DNA of 63,215 bases, the filler included, from Dirinaria sp. TL-2023a (taxonomy: Eukaryota): NCBI GenBank assembly GCA_051941275.1. It is 23 parts of 23 records of this genome, joined end to end, with 100 filler letters (N's around TTAATTAATTAA, not from the genome) between each part and the next. Parts side by side here need not be neighbours in the genome. Positions count along the whole stretch, not along the records: positions 57,888 to 60,501 come from JAVEBF010002244.1; positions 60,602 to 63,215 come from JAVEBF010002245.1; 21 more parts are not named here. One strand, 5' to 3'. This document shows positions 60,032-63,215 of this stretch, piece after piece; position 1 is the first letter of the stretch, and each line of letters starts with the position of its first letter. A model generated the notes under the pieces. That model saw nothing but the letters and a program-made list of their open reading frames with translations, searched no databases and was not told where the DNA came from. The position numbers and the translations under genes are program-made.

Positions 60032-61789
60032 GATAATGATCAAGTAGGTAGAAAGCTATTGGGCTCAGAAGGAAAGTCCGGGTAGAGGCAACACAGATTC
60101 GTTAGAGAGAAAGGTTTGGGTTGTGACGTATGCAGTCGTCCGGGCTTGGCTTGATCTACAGCACATTATTGAGGTAAGGTATTGATCCACGCCAGAGATA
60201 AGTCAGCTCTAGGAAAACTTGGCGAATGCTTATACATTTGATATCTCTTCGCAGATATGATACACTGATTAAATGATATGGATAAGCAGCTTCTCCAGGA
60301 AAATCGATGCTTTTCAAGCGCTTCAATTTCACCCCAACTTTTGAAATCCAAAAATATGATAATTATTGCAAACATCGATCCTTGAAATCCGTCACATCAT
60401 TGAAAGTACATCAAATAGCTTTCCGCTAAAGATGACAAGCCCCCCTGGGCTTGACCAAGTATGCGTAATGCTTTCGATCAAATCGCCCCTATACAAGCCC
60501 ANNNNNNNNNNNNNNNNNNNNNNNNNNNNNNNNNNNNNNNNNNNNTTAATTAATTAANNNNNNNNNNNNNNNNNNNNNNNNNNNNNNNNNNNNNNNNNNN
60601 NAATACCACAAACTTTAAAGTCCTATCAAAACGATTCAGTGCTTGAGATCGCGGTGAGAAGAGTCGATGAGTCGAGATCTAGTTCTTCACGGGCTTCAAC
60701 TTATTAAAATACCTTAGTTCTTGCGCCACCAAGATGTCACCAAAATCTTTCTGTACTCAAGACACTCGAATTTTAGCTCTTATTCAAATGATACTCCTGC
60801 TTCATTTTTCGGCGATGTGGATTGAGGAACAAGGGAAAAATAATTGACGCAGCATCCTCCTAGCTCGAACCAGATCCCCATCTCCTCCTGTTGCACAAAA
60901 TGGCCGGAGACACAGGCTCTTACTTTAAATACAAGACATGGAATATCAATCTCTGTTGAATATAAAAAATGAAAGACCCTTAAAAACTTGGCAAAAACAT
61001 TCAAGCCTCATCCCCAATACAACCAATTTCAAAAAAAACATTAACGCGATCGATCGTGAAAGCTATTACTCCCAAAAAATCTACAAACAACCATCACTTC
61101 ACAACTGGACGAGATCAAGCTCCTAAACACATATTTCTCTCTACGTCTCATTGCAACAAGCCCACTCACTCCAATACCAATAAGACGAAATCAGATCATA
61201 CGATGGTACGAGCGACTCAGATTGACACGGAGCATTTGACAAAGATGCTGCGCAGGGAAAATTGTTGTGACGAGGTCAACTTCAATTACATTGTTCCCAA
61301 TCACGTTCTTTCAGTTCAATTATTTCAAACTGTTACGGCTAGAATATGCTAGGATATTGGCATCATGATTCCTTCTTAGCATAGCTTCTTAGCTTTAGCT
61401 CACGTCACTAAGGATAAGCAAGATCTACTGACAGGCAAGTTCGCCAAAGCAAAAGATAATCCAGAAGCTAGGCAGCTTTCCGAGTCGTCCCGCAATTTCC
61501 TTATTTACCAAAGACAATAACAGATCGAGGACGACCCCTCCCAAAAGACCAAGTCTCGAGTTAAGAATCTCAGTTTCTTAATCATGAATTTCGACTTTAT
61601 AATGACTTTTTCGAAGTCGTACTCTCAAACTGTCTGTTTTTCGATTATCAGGCAGTCAGGATGATTGAAGAAGGGTCGACGTTCATCAATTTACATTCGA
61701 GTGATTACACGATCGACGAAAAATCACGGGCAAATCGAACAAATAAAAAAGAGACAGCGAAAACAAAACGCAAACACGTATGATATTAT

Positions 61790-62831
61790 AAAATTATCGA
61801 GAGTTATGTTTTTGTTAAAAACGAAATTTATTCTCTGAGCAACAAACACGATGTGCAAATGAAATGTATAGTTCAGACGAGATTTTTTGAATCATCATCA
61901 TTATCAAAAGAATCAAAACAGCTCAAACACTCGAAGAAAACAAAAAAATTCATCACAAATAGATTTAGCTTTTTGATCGATCACAGTATTATTTTCAACT
62001 CGAAATCTTTACATGAAACTATTGAAACGAATATATGATGAAAAGTTTCTCATTCGATTAATTCGAGACTGAATACATTAACACGAATCGTTCTCGAGAC
62101 AAACGTATACAACGTCACGAAAATCAATTTTTCTCGAACTGAGAATGCATCACAGACATGAACTGTAATAAACGTTTCAGTTGAGAGCAATAATATCGTT
62201 TTTGTTATCTCATTCTTCGAACAATCAATTGTAAAGAACTTTGATTCGTACAAAGATTATTGAATTGCCGCAGTAAATAAGTCAATAAAAATGTCTGCTC
62301 TCTCGAAAATACAGATTAAAATCTTTGATTCATCGAAGATTCACCACTCTGTTTCGATTCAACTGATATCGAAATTGCAAAAGAATGATAAACAAGATAA
62401 CAAAACAAAAAAAGAAAATAATATCGAAGACGAGCAAAATGATGATGAAAAAGATTTCGAGAATGACGAAAATCAAGAAAATGCAATTGATAACATCAGT
62501 GAACGGAAAAATGAGAATATCATCAATGATGAGTTAATGAATATAAATGTAACGTCGTTACTCAAAAAATGTCTCAAACTATCGTTTTCGACGCTTTTAT
62601 CTCAACTGCAACTATGCTCTCGACGATTCAACATCACGAATCAAATTCTACTATTATCATGAAAAAAACAAAATCGAAATGTAATTTATCATGTTCATCG
62701 TCGTTAAAAAACGAGCGATTTTTCACAAAATCATTTACGAAACGATAAAAAGATCGATTTACATCATCGTTATCGCTCAAATTCGAGAATAACAAGTTTC
62801 GAGATATCATTAAAACAATTCGAGTTTTAGA
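61790..62831. pseudogene. Heavily hypermutated repeat/ORF relic of unknown family
   Basis: AT-rich, almost no CC/GG, abundant TCG/CGA; broken long plus-strand frame with TGA stops. Confidence 0.55.
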
Positions 62832-63215
62832 TGTCATGAACCTAGACCTGGAGCACCTTAGATCAGGTCACATGATCAGGTCACATGATCAGGCCCAGCG
62901 TTCTCTCGAACCGATATTGCTCCGAGTCCCTATTTGAGTCTTCCTGTAGATAGATTTCCTTTCCTTTTCTTCTTCATAGTTAGTGTCCTAGTCTACTAGC
63001 ACTCATATGTCATTGAGCGCTGTGCAGACCCTGTCATGAACCTAGACCTGGAGCACCTTAGATCAGGTCACATGATCAGGCCTGGCGTCCCCCCGGACCG
63101 ATATTGCTCCGGGTCCCTATTTGAGTCTTCCTGTAGATAGATTTCCTTTCCTTTTCTTCTTCATAGTTAGTGTCCTAGTCTACTAGCACCCATATGCCAT
63201 TGAGCGCTGTGCAGG
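62832..63215 (+). repeat. Two head-to-tail LTR copies (62832-63031 and 63032-end)
   Basis: Both start TGTCATGAACC and share their 3' end with LTR 56768-57063. Copy 1 has one extra 13-nt GATCAGGTCACAT unit. Confidence 0.88.

Noticed and set aside
2679..60601. Regularly spaced TTAATTAATTAA as a CRISPR-like or biological repeat
   Set aside because: Always embedded in exactly 44+44 Ns; it is an assembly linker.

Overview
This window is not a contiguous locus. It is 23 short contigs of a filamentous ascomycete (Pezizomycotina; a lichen-forming Lecanoromycete is plausible but unproven), 2678 down to 2614 bp, sorted by decreasing length and joined by 22 artificial 100-bp spacers (N44-TTAATTAATTAA-N44). 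Adjacency across spacers therefore means nothing. Contents: intron-containing housekeeping or regulatory genes (RPN10, a Borealin/Nbl1-like gene, flbC, SNF8, RPL7 with an intronic C/D snoRNA, RPN4, a Zn-dependent dehydrogenase, a P450, PPN1, MRT4, a 5'-nucleotidase); accessory genes (a SesB-like hydrolase/NB-ARC NLR, two F-box-like paralogs, a small secreted protein, HET and NLR pseudogenes); and many LTR retrotransposon pieces. The strongest signal is a repeat-directed C-to-T hypermutation that prefers CpC (then CpT) and largely spares CpA and CpG, unlike canonical Neurospora-type CpA RIP. It shows up independently as eight in-frame TGA stops (mostly at conserved Trp positions) in a Copia pol, in three pairs of repeat copies, and in kilobase stretches nearly free of CC/GG but rich in TCG/CGA. 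Also notable: an unmutated chromovirus with a Tf1-like self-priming signature, a candidate poison exon in RPL7, and an NLR hydrolase with Cys at the nucleophile position.
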